From contig CDRNVI010000154.1 of assembly GCA_977017575.1 (NCBI GenBank), positions 1-64,000 of the forward strand: 64,000 bases of DNA. The letters run 5' to 3'. Positions 38,874 through 53,171 of the stretch are shown here, one piece after another (the first letter of the stretch is position 1; each line of letters starts with the position of its first letter). The DNA comes from Paramoeba atlantica (lineage: Eukaryota > Protista > Discosea). Below the pieces are notes generated by a model. It made no database searches. It saw nothing but the letters and a program-made list of their open reading frames with translations, and was not told the DNA's origin. Both the position numbers and the translations under genes were made by a program.

Positions 38874-39407
38874 TGTGTAGCCAAGGGGAAGAGGGAGAAG
38901 GACAAGAAAACACAACAGAAAGGAACTGAAGAGAATGATTTATTTGTATCAACAAACAGAAAAGGGGGAACAAATGATTTGTGACAGCAGAGAAAAAGGG
39001 GGGAAAACAACACAAAGCAAAAGAGAGAAAGACAGTGAAAATGGCATGAAAAGAGCGTTTTAGTGGCAGATAACTGCAATAGAATGTAGGTGGATCATTC
39101 ATAAATCAACATCCTGAAAAGCACAGAGAAAAGGAAAAAGACAGGAGAAAAGAGAGGGGAGGAAAAGTGAGAAAAGAGAAAAAGAAAAGGGAAAGGAAGG
39201 AAAGAGGAAAGAAAGAGAAGGAGGGAGGAAGGATGAGAGAAGAGGAAGGGAAAGAAGAGAGAGAGAGAGAAAAGAGAAGAAGAAAAAGAGAGGGAAGAGA
39301 GAGAGTGTCAATCGGGGAGAACAGGGAGAGAGAGATCAGTTGTTTGGCAAAAGAGGGAGTGAGAATGGCTCCAAATGGAAAACACAAGAGCTGACAGGAT
39401 CGTAACA
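38874..39407 (-). repeat. 3' LTR of Copia-B
   Basis: TGTTAC...CACA termini on the minus strand; 534 bp. Confidence 0.92.
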
Positions 39408-39493
39408 CACCCTCCCCAATTTGGAGCCATTTGAACAACAAGCAGCACTGTTCAAATGAGAACAAAATGCAAAAGCAAGGAACAAAACAGATC

Positions 39494-42400
39494 AAGGAGC
39501 AGAAGTGGGAATGGGGGCCACAAAGCTTTCTCTAAAGGGGATAAATTTTGCTGGAGGCAAAGGTTTTGTGAATATATCAGCAATATTTTCAGCAGATGGG
39601 GTTCGGTCAATTTTATGGACTTTATCATCAATGGCATCATGAATGAAATGGTCATGAACATCAAAATGTTTGTTGTCTTGGGTTACTCTAGGAATTTCAG
39701 CAATGGCAGTTGCAGGTTTGGAATCAACTCACATAGGGATAACATCATTGGATGGTAATTCAAGGTCTTTCAATAGGTTTCTTGCAAATTTGATTTCCCA
39801 GGCACATTCACTCATAGCATGGTATTCAGCTTCGCAACTTGATAAGCAAACTTGTGGGGATTTCTTGGAGTGCCAAGAGAGGGGTCTTCCATTGGCTCTA
39901 AGAGTGTATCCATAGGAGGATTTTCGATCATCAAGGCAATCAGCATTGCTCAAGTCAGCATAGGCATCTACAAATAATTTTTCTTTGTTGAAATGAGATT
40001 TAGGGAAACACAGACCAAGATTTGGATTTTTCTTCAAATATCCAAAGACTTTCAAAGCAGCTTTATCATGACACTGAGCATGGTTGTGAAGGTAGCGAGA
40101 GCATTGTGAGACAGCAAAGGATATTTCAGGTCTAGTTTTTGTCAGCCAATTTAAAGATCCAACAAGGCTTGAGTAAGGAAAATCAGTAATTGGTTCATCT
40201 TCAGTCAGGACAGATAGGAGCTTAGTATTTGCAGGCACATTGGAGAGCTTGACATCATATTTCTCAAAGGATTTCAGCACAGTTTCGAGGTAGGCACATT
40301 GATCAACAGTTATTTCATTAGCATTTTGTTTCACAGTGCATCCAAGGAACCAAGAGCATTTACCATCATTTTTCCACTTGAAACAATCATACAATTTTGT
40401 GTGGATTTCTTCTCTTAATGCATCAGAGGAGCATACATCAAGGGTATCATCAACAACAGTCAGAAATAGGCAGAAATTACCATCATCATCATGTTGGATG
40501 TAGAGATTGGGGTTTGGTTTACTGCATTTGAATCCTAATTCTTCCACAAGGAATTTTCGAAAGGTCAAATTCCATCTTTGTCCAGCAATTGGCACTCCAT
40601 ACAAGGCTTTGTTCAACATGCAAACCCAGTCAGGATGAGCAGGGTCTTTAAATCCTTCTGGTTGCTCCACATAATAAACAATATTTCCTTTTGGCATTTC
40701 TGATTGAAGATAGGCACCAGGGACATCACCAGAGTCAACTTCAAGGCCATACATTGCAGCAACTGCATAGGTTAGATTAAGAGAGGTGGATGTTGCAGAT
40801 CCAGAGTAATTGTCTTCAAAGCCAAGTTCAGGGTTAGAATTCAATTTCTTTGTCACACCACTTCCATCAGCACAATAACGAGCCTTGTAACTTTTGATTT
40901 TTCCATCCTCAGTTTTAATTCAAAAGCGCCAAATACCTCTCATAATTATGTGTTTCTTTCCATCTTGGTTTGGTTTTGGGTGGGGGACAAGCATTCAAGT
41001 CTTATTTTCATGGTGAGCAGCAATTTCACAGCAACAGGCTTCAATCCATTCATTTCTTTGTTCACTTCTTTGTGCTTGGTAGAACGAGTGAGGTGTTTTC
41101 TTGTTCAAGATAACAGTGTTAGCAAACATTGCATGGTGAAGATGAGAGAGGAAATTGTGTCCATGTAGATGGTCAGGAGTGAGATTTGGATCCATCAAAG
41201 GGTGATGTGTGGGTGGAGCAGCAATTTTACCAGATTGACAGGGTTGTGGTTCTTCTTTTACAGATTCATGTTCATTCTCAGAATTAGAATTTGAGTTATC
41301 TTTTGAATCAGATTCAATATCAGGTTCAGATTCAGGTTCAGGGTCATTAAAAAGAGTTCTACAAGCAGTGCTAGAGCGAGCACTTGATTGGGACAGAGGA
41401 TCAAGGCATTTGTTTGCTCGTAGAGGCGCTCTTTGAGTCTTCAAAGGGGTGCTCAGAGAGTTTGGGTCAGTTCTATATGGAGAAAGATTGATAACTACAT
41501 CATCAGTTTCTTCAACATTGGAGGATTCAATTAATTCTTCTTTTTCCTTTTCAATTGGTTCAAGGTTAATATTCATTAACTTTAGAATTTCTTCATCCTC
41601 AGGAATAGGTTTTTCATTTTCAATATCATCAGATAAATGCACATTGGAATGTCTTCTCAGAGATTCAGATATTGGCAAGATATCCTGCGAGCCAGCTTCA
41701 ATTTGCTCTCCATTTGGACTAATAGTTTCCACAAATTCATCATCAGATATAGTGAGTTCTTCCCAGGAGTTTGGGACAGATTCAGGGGGTTCAATAAAAT
41801 TTTCTTCATCATAAAAATCAAAATCATTCACTTTGTGACTTGTGACATCATCACTATCATCTAAACTTGTTTTGTTTTCGCCTTCCACATAATATCTTGG
41901 CAATCTTCCCAGGGCACTTCTCTTCTTCAATTCAGGGATCCCAAAAGCATATTCATCAAATAAGATGCTCGAGCTTTGGACAGTTTTCTGTTGGATTGGG
42001 TCAAATAGCAAAAATCCATGCATATTGTCAGCAGGTCCCAAATTAATTCCAGCTCTTGAAACAGGATCAGTTTTGGAGCGGATTTCTTGAGGAATATGAG
42101 CAAAAGCGTGGCAGCCAAAGGTTCTAATTAAATCCATTGAGGGTTTTCTCTCATACAATTTTTCAAGAGGAGTAATCTTCTCACCTTCTTTCACAGTCAT
42201 AGAGATTAATTTTGCAGCCATTCTTTCAGAAAATTTCCAAAAATTAGCAGGTAATCCAGCAGCCAGACGAATCACTTGAGCAGTACTCCATCGGATATAA
42301 TTTCCTCTTTCAGCAACACCATTTTCTTGAGGGCAGCAAGGGCTGGAATGGCGGATTTCTATTCCTTTCTTGCGACAGTATATATTGAGAGAGGTTTCTT

Positions 42401-44546
42401 GTTCAATAAATTCAGAGGCTCCATCACATTGTAAAATCTTCACTTTCACACCAGCTTGTCTCTCCAATTTTTGAATTACATCAATTATCTTATTGCCAGC
42501 ATCAGATTTTCTTTTAATAAATTGAGATAAATCACAGCCAGAGTAGTCTTCAATAATCGAGATCAAGTATTTGTTGTTATGGTAAGAGAGAGTAGATTTT
42601 TCATGCAAATCAATGTGTAACATCTCACCACAGCATCGAAAAGTGCAGCAACCACTATGATGAGGTCTCATCTTGTTCTTCACAAAAATACAGGCATCAC
42701 AAACTTGGTCAGGATCAGCAATTAGGTCTTTGTAGTTGGGAGGCAGCCCATGAATGGCTTTTGCACCAATTGTTCTACACAAACCGGAAAGATGGCCATG
42801 TCTTTGATGCCATAACTTCAATTCTTTTTCACGTTCAGGATTCAAGGTTTGATGAACTCTCTTCTTTGATCCAGTTTCATCAGGAGCAATGTATTCATCT
42901 GCATCAGCTTCTTTGATTACTTTTTGAGTACAATAAACATGGTTCATATTAGAGAGTGGCAAGTGATAAAGTCCATTTCTTTGGCTTCCAGATAAAATTG
43001 TTTCAGCTTCAGAAAGTGGAATTTTCTTTCTTGTCACTTTGACACCATTCTTGTCAAAAATAATCAAGGCATTCCAAGTCTCACACATTTGAGATACAGA
43101 GAGCAAGTTCAGGGTACAATCTGGCACAACAGAAATATTCTTGAGAAGTTTCATATCTTTTGCTAAATTTAAATCACTTTGAAGGACAACTTGGATCAAA
43201 TCACTGTTGGCTTGCAAGATTTCGAGAATTTCATCAGGTTTACAGGTGTTCACAAGGTATTCTCTTGATTTCAGAATAGAGGTTGTGCATTCAGAATCAA
43301 TAATTGCTTCATTATCTGAGAAGAGTTGAAGTCTTTTTGTTTCAGGGGCAGAGAAAGATTTTAAAACAAACAAAAAGCACACAGAAAACCCTTTATTGGT
43401 CATTTTAACTTTCCATTCTTCAAACTGTTGTTGGAATTCAAGGAACTCATGAAAAGCAATTTCACCAGCTGGTGCCTTAGAAAGAAAGCATTTTCGCACT
43501 GTATGATATCCAAGACCACAATTAAAACATTTGTATGGTCTCTTTGGCAGTTCTTCCCAACCAGGTCGAGTTCAAAGAGCAGAGTATGGATTTTGACGAT
43601 ACTGAGGAGCATAGGATTGTTGATTTCACTGATAAAGTGTATTTTGATTGTATTGTGGAGGAATATTAGGTGGGGCTGGGGATTGAGTAGGGGGTTGGAT
43701 AGGCAATTGGAACAGGACAGGGGAAGGAGAGGGAACAGGAGTGGGAGAGGGAGAAGGAGAGAATGGAGGTGCTGGAGAAGGAAAAGATGCAGGAACTTGA
43801 ATAGATGGAGAATAAGAGGATGAGGAAACAGGTGCTGGGCTGGCAAATGCTTGATGAGCAACATTAGCCAAGTGGCTTTTGTTCATTATTTCTTTCATCA
43901 CTTTTTTTTTCTCAACTAGATCTTTTTTCGTCCATTTGAAATCCCAATTCTTCCCTTCTGCAGTTTGTCAGATTGTCAGAATGGTTTGGGCCCATGTTTG
44001 ACTTTCAATTCTGTGTAGAAGAGTGGTTACTTTTTCTTCATTTGAGATTTCAACACCACTGTTTTCACACATCAATATTATTAATGATATGTGGGTGGTC
44101 ATCTGCTTAAAGGATTCGCCTTGCAATCTTTGAAAAGCATCAAATTCTTTCCTCAGCACCTTCTTCTTCTCATCCTCATCCACCAAATACATTTCTCTTA
44201 AGAACTTGATTAAAGTATATGGTTTTCCAAGAAATCTCATATTTTGTGTCACCTGCTTCAGGTTCAGTTGTAAGCAGTTTCGGATGAGTTGTGCAACTTG
44301 GAGGTGATTGGTTTTCTGATTCTCAACTCTTATCAATGATTTCTCAGGGATTACTCCTTCATTAGCTTGTGCAGTGGGTACTTCAGCAACATCATCAATA
44401 GTCAAATGATGATCAAGTTTTAACACGTAAAGGTGACTGTTGAGTGAATTGAACCAAGATTTAAAATCTGTTGCATTAAACTTCTTCTTAAATTGCCCAA
44501 ACTGGATGTTCTGGGAAATGTCAGGTTCGTAATCAGGGAAGGCCAT
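39494..44546 (-). pseudogene. Copia-B gag-pol (few stops and frameshifts)
   Basis: CFNCGLGYHTVRKC, IIDSEC, WHQRHGH...CDAC, CDGASEF, ENGVAERGN, TVVDD, SSCEAEY, ADIFTK. Confidence 0.92.
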
Positions 44547-44652
44547 TTGATATTGTGGATCAAGGGATACAAATAAAACAAAAACAAAAACAAAATAAGA
44601 AAGGGGTACAATGGGAGAGTAGACCTCTTCCTTGCTAACAACTTCACCCAGG

Positions 44653-44674
44653 GCAGAGCCCTAGACTCTTAATT
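44653..44674 (-). promoter_or_regulatory. Copia-B primer-binding site, complementary to the tRNA-Lys(CUU) 5' half
   Basis: Plus strand reads GCAGAGC-C-CTAGA-CTCTTAA-T next to the LTR. Confidence 0.8.
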
Positions 44675-46096
44675 TGTGTGGCCAAGGGGAAGAGGGAGAA
44701 GGACAAGAAAACACAACAGAAAGGAACTGAAGAAAATGATTTATTTGTATCAACAAACAGAAAAGGGGGAACAAATGATTTGTGACAGCAGAGAAAAAGG
44801 GGGGAAAACAACACAAAACAAAGGAGAGAAAGACAGTGAAAACAGTGTGAAAAGAGCATTTTAGTGGGAGATAACTGCAATAGAATGCAGGTGGATCATT
44901 CATGAATCAACATCCCAAAAAGCACAGAGAAAAGGAAAAAGACAGGAGAAAAGAGAGGGGATGTCAAGTGGTGGGGTTTGGTGGAAGAAGATTGCTGAGA
45001 AAAGAAAAGAAAGGTGCAAACTTCATTCCATGGCGAGAGCCAGGAACGTGAAAAAACAAAGTCTCTCACGTGTTTATTTACGAACAGGTTTCAAGCACAT
45101 ATTTAACAATGTGACACCAAGTGCAAAAACAGAGAAACACACACAAATAAAAGCACACGTAAGAGACACAAAGACACAACAAGTTTAAGGAAGGGAACAA
45201 CAGATGACGTCAGCACAAATAAATTCATGGGCTGAAAGATCAGAATATGGAGAATAAACTATGCAATCAAATTGGGTCTGAAATAGGGCAAAGGTATTCT
45301 TGAAGGCACAATTCAATGATTGATCAATATCTCGGTGTGTAGTTGTCAGATTCAGATGGGACTAGCACCATTCGAAAGAGGAAGATGAGGCGCTTCAGGA
45401 TAGCACAACTCGTGATCATAGAATTCACAAATGATGTTCTCCATTAAGTCAAACATTCTTCAAACCAAGAATACTGATATTCTAACACTCCCTTTCATCA
45501 TGAAGTTAATTTGCAGAGCAATGGGGACGAATAAGATTATTCCGGTGAGGTGTAAACACATTGGGTCCAAGGGGTTTTGTAAAAATATCAGCAAGGTTAT
45601 CTTTAGTGGGCACATAATCCAATTCAATCAAGCCATCTTGCAACACTTTTCTTGTGTAGTGATCAAAGGCTTCAATTTGCTTAGTTCTTTGGTTTACATG
45701 GGGAATCTTTGCAATAGCCATCGCAGGTTCAGAATCGGATTGGAGCAAGAAAGGTCTTTTGTACGGGATGCACAACTCAGAGAGAATGTTATCAACAAAT
45801 TTCAATTCACGGGATGCTTCAGCAAGGGCATGGTATTCAGATTCACAACTGGACCAACAAACTTGAGGAGATTTCTTGGAATGCCAGGAAATGGGGGAAC
45901 CATTTGCAAAGATAGCAAAACCGTAAGATGAGGATCTGTCTTCTGTAACATCTTGATGGCTTGAGTCAGCTTGGGCAGAAATCACAAGTTCTTTAGTCTC
46001 AGATTTGGATTTGGGGAACACCAATTCATAATCAGGATATTTGGCAAGATAACCGAGAATTCACAGAGCAGCTTTGTCATGATCTTCAGTGTGGGT

Positions 46097-46525
46097 GGGT
46101 TGGTGCCCGTAGTTTAGTCGTAAATTCGACTATGTCCAACCCCGGGGGGGTGAGTTCAAATCCCAGTTTTTCGATATTATAGAAAATTTTTTTGGTGCTG
46201 TAGAGTGATTTGATTGGAGTGAGGAGCTCTTGAAGAAGTGTGAAAATCGGAACAGATTACATCTCAGCCCTGTCTGCTAAAAAGTTGAGGATAAATTCCC
46301 TTGGAAGGAGCTTTGGATTATTCTCCCTTCTGATGTGCATCCTCCAGCCTGAACTTGCAGAAGTTCTAAAGTTCAGCATAAAGACCAACTGAACTAAGCT
46401 GAAGTTTAAAACTTCACCTCTCGTTAGAGGTTAAAAACAAACATAATTTAATGTAATTCAAATGGCTTAGATTAAGAACTACTAATTGAATAAAATCTGC
46501 CTCAAAAAAAAAAAAAAAAAAAAAA
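46097..46525 (+). mobile_element. SINE-A (young)
   Basis: 18-bp TSD ATGATCTTCAGTGTGGGT at 46079-46096 and 46526-46543. Confidence 0.95.
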
Positions 46526-47060
46526 ATGATCTTCAGTGTGGGTATTCAAGAAGCGAGAGCATTGGGAAACAGCATATGAAATATCAGGGCGAGTTTTCGT
46601 CAACCAAATTAGAGAACCAACAAGACTTGCATAGGGAAAATCAGTAGGAGGTTCGTCAGGCTTAGGCATAGGCAGAACTTTACTCACAGCAGGAGTATCA
46701 CTCTTTCTTATTTTGTGGCAGTCAAAACTCTCCAATAAATTGTTGAGGAAGGCACGCTGATTGAAAGAAATTTCTTTGTGATTTTGTTTCACACCACAAC
46801 CAAGGAACCAGGAGCATTTTCCACTAGGCTTCCACTTGAATCTTTCAATCAGTTTGGAGTAAATCTCTTCACGGAGCTTTGGACAAGTACAAACATCCAA
46901 ATTGTCATCAACAACAGTTGGGAATAAACAGAAGTTTCTGTCAGGTTCAACACGAATGTAGAGATTGGGATCAGCAGTCAGACAATGGAATTGCAGCTCT
47001 TCAATAAGAAATTTTCAAAAAGTCAGATTCCAACATTGTCCAGCAATTGGCACACCATAG

Positions 47061-47486
47061 TTTTTTTTTTTTTTCTTTTTGAGGCAGACTTTATTCAATT
47101 AGTAGTTCTTAATCTAAGCCATTTGAATTACATTAAATTATGTTTGTTTTTAACCTCTAACGAGAGGTGAAGCTTTAAACTTCAGCTTAGTTCAGTCAGT
47201 CTTTATGTTGAACTTTAGAACTTCTGCAAGTTCAGGCTGGAGGATGCACATCAGAAGGGAGAATAATCCAAAGCTCCTTCCAAGGGAATTTATCCTCAAC
47301 TTTTTAGCAGACAGGGCTGAGATGTAACCTGTTCTGATTTTCACACTTCTTCAAGAGCTCCTCACTCCAATCAAATCACTCTACAGCACCAGAAAAATTT
47401 TCCATAATATCGAAAAACTGGGATTTGAACTTGCCCCCCAGGGTTGGACATAGTCGAATTTACGACTAAACTACGGGCGCCAACCC
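47061..47486 (-). mobile_element. SINE-A (young)
   Basis: 16-bp TSD AATTGGCACACCATAG at 47045-47060 and 47488-47503. Confidence 0.95.
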
Positions 47487-50446
47487 TAATTGGCACACCA
47501 TAGAGAGCTTTGTTCAATCAACAGAGATATTCGGGATGTTCAGGATCTTCAAAACCTTCAGGTTGAGTGACATAATAAACAATATCGCCATCAGGAATGT
47601 CAGCTTGGATATAGGCACTTGGGACATCTCCAGAATTCACATCAAGGTCAAACATAGCAGCAATAGCAAATGTCAAATTGAGAGATTCAGTGGTTGCAGT
47701 TCCAGCATAATTATCTTCTTGGTCAAAATTGGGATCTTTCGCAAGACTATGTTTTACACGAGAACCGTTTGCACAAAATCGAGCTTTGAACTTGGATATT
47801 ACACCATTTTTAGTCTTAATTCAAAATCGCCACAGGCCTTGCATAATAATGTGTTTCTTTCCATCCTTGGGGAACTTCGGGGGAGGAGGCACCAATTCCC
47901 AAGTCTTATTTTCAATATGAGCATCATATTCTCTTTTGCAGGCTTGTTTCCATTCTTCTTTTTCATTTGAACGGGCGGCTTGCTTGTAGGATTGAGGGGT
48001 AACTTTGTCATTAACAACTTGGTCAGCATGAAAGGCATAGTCAAGGAAATCAAGATCTTTGTAACCATGGCCAGGTTCACCAAACATATTCCAAGGTATT
48101 TTCAAGGCACTGAACGCTTTTCCAATGGCACTATGTTGGTAGTCAGGGTCTTGGAAGTGAGCAGAGTGTCTTACTTCTTCAGCTGCATCATCAGATTCAT
48201 TTGGTTCAGAGATGTTAATTTCATCATCAGGTTGAGATTGAGTAACAAGATTAAAATCAACTTCAGGATCAGTTTCAGAGTTGTATGTAGAGGAAGAGTA
48301 AGGAGATGCAGATTGGTCTGCAGGGTCATAAGGGTCAGGATCATGATCATCTGGTGGGTAATTGAACATTTCATAATTATCGAGGTCAATCGGCAATTCA
48401 GGTTCATTTTCATCAGCAGAGTCATAATCAGTTCCTTCACTTTCTTCATCCTTCATATCTAATTCTGTCATTTGAGGGAGAATTTCAGAATCAGGGGCTG
48501 CAGCAGCTTGAGCAGGATCAACAATTGGAGAAGAAGAGGAACTAGAAGAGGAGCAAGAGGAGCAAGAGGAAGATGTAGGTGTGTAAGAACCATCGCTCTG
48601 AGTAAAATTGGGAGGAGGCATACTGAGAAGCACCATCTCATCATCATCATCATCACTGTACACATCTGTACTGTGGGTTTTCTCATTCAAAGCAGTATGT
48701 TTTGAATGTAAGTTTACAGGAGCAGGAGTGGAATGGCCTATTCTGTTCTCCCTTTCAACATCAACAGGGTAATCATCATCAATTACAATTTCAGCAGAAT
48801 CATCAGGATTCTCATGTACACAATCCACAGGATTTGTGTTTGTACTCAGAACGTCGTCACGGTCTGATAATTTCGAAAAATCAATGAATTTTTCATTCAA
48901 ATAAGTGTCAAAATAGTGTGGGATATTCCCTCTATCAATACGCTTCAACAGGTTCGAAACACCAAAAACATATTCATCAAATACCACACTTGAACTTTCA
49001 AAAATAGTTTTCTTTACAGGGTCATACAAAATATAACTATTAATTTTCTCTGAGGGGCCAAGATAGATCGCAGGGCGTGCTTTAGGCATCAGTTTGGTTC
49101 TGTTCTTTCGGGGAATGTGCGCAAAAGCATGGCAACCAAAAGGGCGAATCAACTCAATATTGGGTTTGCGACCATACAGCTTCTGGAAGGGGGAAATCTC
49201 TTCACCTTCTTTCACAATGTAGGAGCTTACAACACTTGCAAGTTTTTCAGCATAATCCCAAAATTGTTCAGGCAATCCAGCATGGATTCGAATCGCTTGA
49301 GCAGTGTTCCATCAAGTCTCATTTGCATGTTCAGCAACACCATTTTCAGCAGAATCATCTCTACTAGAAAATCTAATATGAATTCCTTTTTCAGCACAAT
49401 ATTGTCCAATTTTCATTGCAGGACCGACAAATTCTCGAGCACCATCACATTGAATGATTTTGACCTTCACATCCAATTGTCTTTGAAGCTTTGCAATCAG
49501 ATTGATTAGCACTTCGCCAGCATCACTCTTTTTCTTGAGGAATTCAGATAAATCCATCTTGGAGTAGTCTTCAACAACTGAGAGAGAGTATTTGTTCTTC
49601 TGATAAGAAAGTATATTTTTCTCATGGTTGTCAATGTGCAACATTTCACCGAGTTTTCGTTTTGTTCTCGTACCAGGGGTATGACTTTTCTTTTTCGCTT
49701 TGGCCAACTCACAAGCAGTACAAACATTTTAATCCATTCTCAATCTGTGATATTGCAGGGGCAAACCGTCAACCGCACGAGCATTAATAGTCCTCTTCAA
49801 ACCAGAAAAATGACACAGTCTATTATGCCAATATTTCCATTCTTTCTCATGGGTCAGACAGAGGGTTCTACGGATTCTTTTCTTGCGGAGAGGTTGAGAT
49901 GAAGAAGCATCCTCAGGGGTTTCATTTTTTGGGTGAGTAACTTCTTCAGCAATATAAGATTGTTGATGGTTGGTTCGACTGGGTAAAGCCAAATAATACA
50001 AGCCATTGTTCTGTGAACCACTCAAAATCATCTGGGAATCACTCAAATTGATCTTCTTTTTCGTCACACGAATTTGGTCAGAATCCAAAACAACAGAAGC
50101 ATCCCAAGTTTCACACATGTGAGCCACAGAGAGAAGATTCATTTCACAATTGGGGACTACAGAGACATCTTGAAGAGGCAGCAAATCAGGATGAATTGCC
50201 AAGTCACCTTGCATTGTAACAGGAATTAGATCGCCATTCACTTGCTTGATGCTTATGGTCATTGCAGGTGGAGCATTTCTTGTTGTGAGATTTGGATCAT
50301 TCACAATTGTGTTTGAACAAGCTGAATCAGCAAGAGCAATTGCTCTGTTTGATTGTTTTGCAACAAAAGCAGATTGAATCGAAGATTGAGAAGAAGAAAC
50401 GAGAGCAGAAACGCAACAAGAGTTAACAGGAATATTGATTTTATTC

Positions 50447-50869
50447 GGGTTGGTGCCTGTAGTTTAGTCGTAAATTCGACTATGTCCAACCCCGGGGGGG
50501 CGAGTTCAAATCCCAGTTTTTCGATATTATAGAAAATTTTTCTGGTGCTGTAGAGTGATTTGATTGGAGTGAGGAGCTCTTGAAGAAGTGTGAAAATCGG
50601 AACAGATTACATCTCAGCCCTGTCTGCTAAAAAGTTGAGGATAAATTCCCTTGGAAGGAGCTTTGGATTATTCTCCCTTCTGATGTGCATCCTCCAGCCT
50701 GAACTTGTAGAAGTTCTAAAGTTCAGCATAAAGACCGACTGAACTAAGCTGAAGTTTAAAACTTCACCTCTCGTTAGAGGTTAAAAAAACAAACATAATT
50801 TAATGTAATTCAAATGGCTTAGATTAAGAACTACTAATTGAATAAAGTCTGCCTCAAAAAAAAAAAAAA
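50447..50869 (+). mobile_element. SINE-A (young)
   Basis: 16-bp TSD AATATTGATTTTATTC at 50431-50446 and 50870-50885. Confidence 0.95.
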
Positions 50870-53171
50870 AATATTGATTTTATTCATTTTCATCTTCCAA
50901 GCATTGATCTTTTGAACAAAAGCATCGAAATTCACCTTGGCTTGTTGTCCCACAGCACTTTGGTTCACCAGGTTTGTGTTGCAACCTTTCACAATGTGAC
51001 TGGTGGCACCACAACGAAAACAGGCTTTAGCCGGAGGGGTGGGAGGATCTTCCCATCCAGGGTAATTTTGAAACTGGTTGCACGTTTGAGGAGAAGGAAT
51101 TAGAGGACTATGGCGAGGAGGGCCATTTCCTTGTCTTCCTTGGCGAGGAGGGGCAACATTCCCTTGTTGATTAGGATTGGCAGCAGGGTTATTCTTCTTC
51201 TGAAAAGCAACATAAGCAGCGGCATTCTCCTTGGTCTTCAAGGCTTGTTTCTTCTTGTTGGCGCTGGAGCGACTACCTTCGATTTCTTTTAACTCCAAGA
51301 AAGCACTCTCCACTGTCCACTCTCCCACTCTAAGCAATCCTCGAAAGGTTTCCCAATGTTGTTGCGGCATGGAATCTTGAATGTAACCCAATTTCTTGTT
51401 CATTGGTATTGGTTTCCCTTTCAATGCTTCAACGTGAAGAAATAACTCCTTCAGTCTCAACTCAAAACTAGAGATCGTCTCATTTTCTCCGATACAACAA
51501 TCCTCTAACTTACTTTTCACTTCTTTTACGTTGTGAACAATCACAGTACTCAGATTTAAGATCAATGTGTCCCAAATAATTTTTGGTGTTCTTCTCTTCA
51601 AATCACTAAGATACCCCTTCGCTCGACCAACACAAGCCTTATTCAGTAAGTTCATAAGATTCATTTGATTGTCCATACGGTCATCGAAACGTCTTTGGTT
51701 AACTTGCTGCTTGTACTCCAATTTCTCTTTGTGTCTCGCCTCCAACTCCTTTCTTTCTGCCAAGAATCTTTTCTTCTCAGCTTCTTCCATTTTTTCTGTA
51801 ATCTTCTCCAGCTCCTCCTCAAACTTAATTAGAACAGGTTCACCTGTAGGAACTTTGTCGAGGAATAGATGGTGAACGAGATTTTGAGTGCTGAGCCGAA
51901 TGAGTGTCTCTTTTCACCAGAGCATGAATTCAATGGTGGATTCACCTTTGAGTTCATTAATCTCGAGTGCACCCTTCCATGTCTTGTTCTTTGGTTCAAA
52001 CTCTGGCCAATCTACTACTCTGTAATCATCTTCCATAGTTGAGGATGTGGCGAACGTAAGAGAGCAAGAGAGAAAGGCAAGAAACAGTGATGGGAGGAAA
52101 CGAGCAAGAAAAACTGAGAAAACCACACAGAATCGTGAAAACACACAATTAAAACAAATAGAAAAACAGGTAAAAGGAACGAGAGAGCAAGAGCAATAAA
52201 AAGAAATCGAGTGAAGTTGTTGAATGAACGAGAGAACAGGTGTGAACGAGCGAAAACAAAAACAAAAATGAAAAACAAAAAAACAGAAAATAAAACAAAA
52301 ATAAAACAAAAAAATAAAACAAAGAAAGGTGTAGAACACTGAAGTTCTACTGATGACAAGATCAGGCAGAGAGCCTAGACTCTTAATCTGTTAAGTGGCA
52401 GGGTTTGGTAGAAGAAGATTGCTGAGAAAAGAAAAGAAAGGTGCAAACTTCATTCCATGGTGAGAGCTGGGAACGTGAAAAAACAAAGTCTCTCACGCAT
52501 TTATTTATGAACAGGTTTCAAGCACATATTTAACAATGTGACACCAAGTGCAAAAACAGAGAAACACACACAAATAAAAGCACACGTAAGAGACACAAAG
52601 ACACAACAAGTTTAAGGAAGGGAACAACAGATGACGTCAGCACAAATAAATTCATGGGCTGAAAGATCAGAATATGGAGAATAAACTATGCAATCAAATT
52701 GGGTCTGAAATAGGGCAAAGGTATTCTTGAAGGCACAATTCAATGATTGATCAATATCTCGGTGTGTAGTTGTCAGATTCAGATGGGACTAGCACCATTC
52801 GAAAGAGGAAGATGAGGCGCTTCAGGATAGCACAACTCGTGATCATAGAATTCACAAATGATGTTCTCCATTAAGTCAAACATTCTTCAAACCAAGAATA
52901 CTGATATTCTAACAGGGGAGGAAAAGTGAGAAAAGGGAAAAAGAAAAGGGAAAGGAAGGAAAGAGGAAAGAAAGAGAAGGAGGGAGGAAGGATGAGAGAA
53001 GAGGAAGGGAAAGAAGAGAGAGAGAGAGAAAAGAGAAGAAGGAAAAGAGAGGGAAGAGAGAGAGTGTCAATCAGGGAGAAGAGGGAGAGAGAGATCAGTT
53101 GTTTGGCAGAAGAGGGAGTGAGAATGGCTCCAAATGGAAAACACAAGAGCTGACAGGATTGTAACAAGAAG

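Larger units (their letters stand above)
45506..52036 (-). pseudogene. Copia-A copy 2 gag-pol, interrupted by three SINE-A
   Basis: Same motifs as copy 1; intact knuckle CFRCGATSHIVKGC. Confidence 0.93.
44962..52914 (-). mobile_element. Ty1/copia family A, copy 2, full length
   Basis: 5-bp TSD GGGGA at 44957-44961 and 52915-52919; 526-bp LTRs at 44962-45487 and 52389-52914; PPT 45488-45499; PBS 52365-52388. Confidence 0.96.
38874..53166 (-). mobile_element. Ty1/copia family B, full length, with Copia-A nested in its 5' LTR
   Basis: 5-bp TSD AGAAG at 38869-38873 and 53167-53171; LTRs at 38874-39407 and 44675-44961+52920-53166; PPT GGGGAGGGTG at 39408-39417. Confidence 0.93.

Noticed and set aside
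46097-46170. tRNA genes in the SINE heads (e.g. Gly-TCC-like)
   Set aside because: Boxes A and B are present but no complete cloverleaf or 3' acceptor strand; they are parts of SINEs, and the parent tRNA cannot be assigned by eye.
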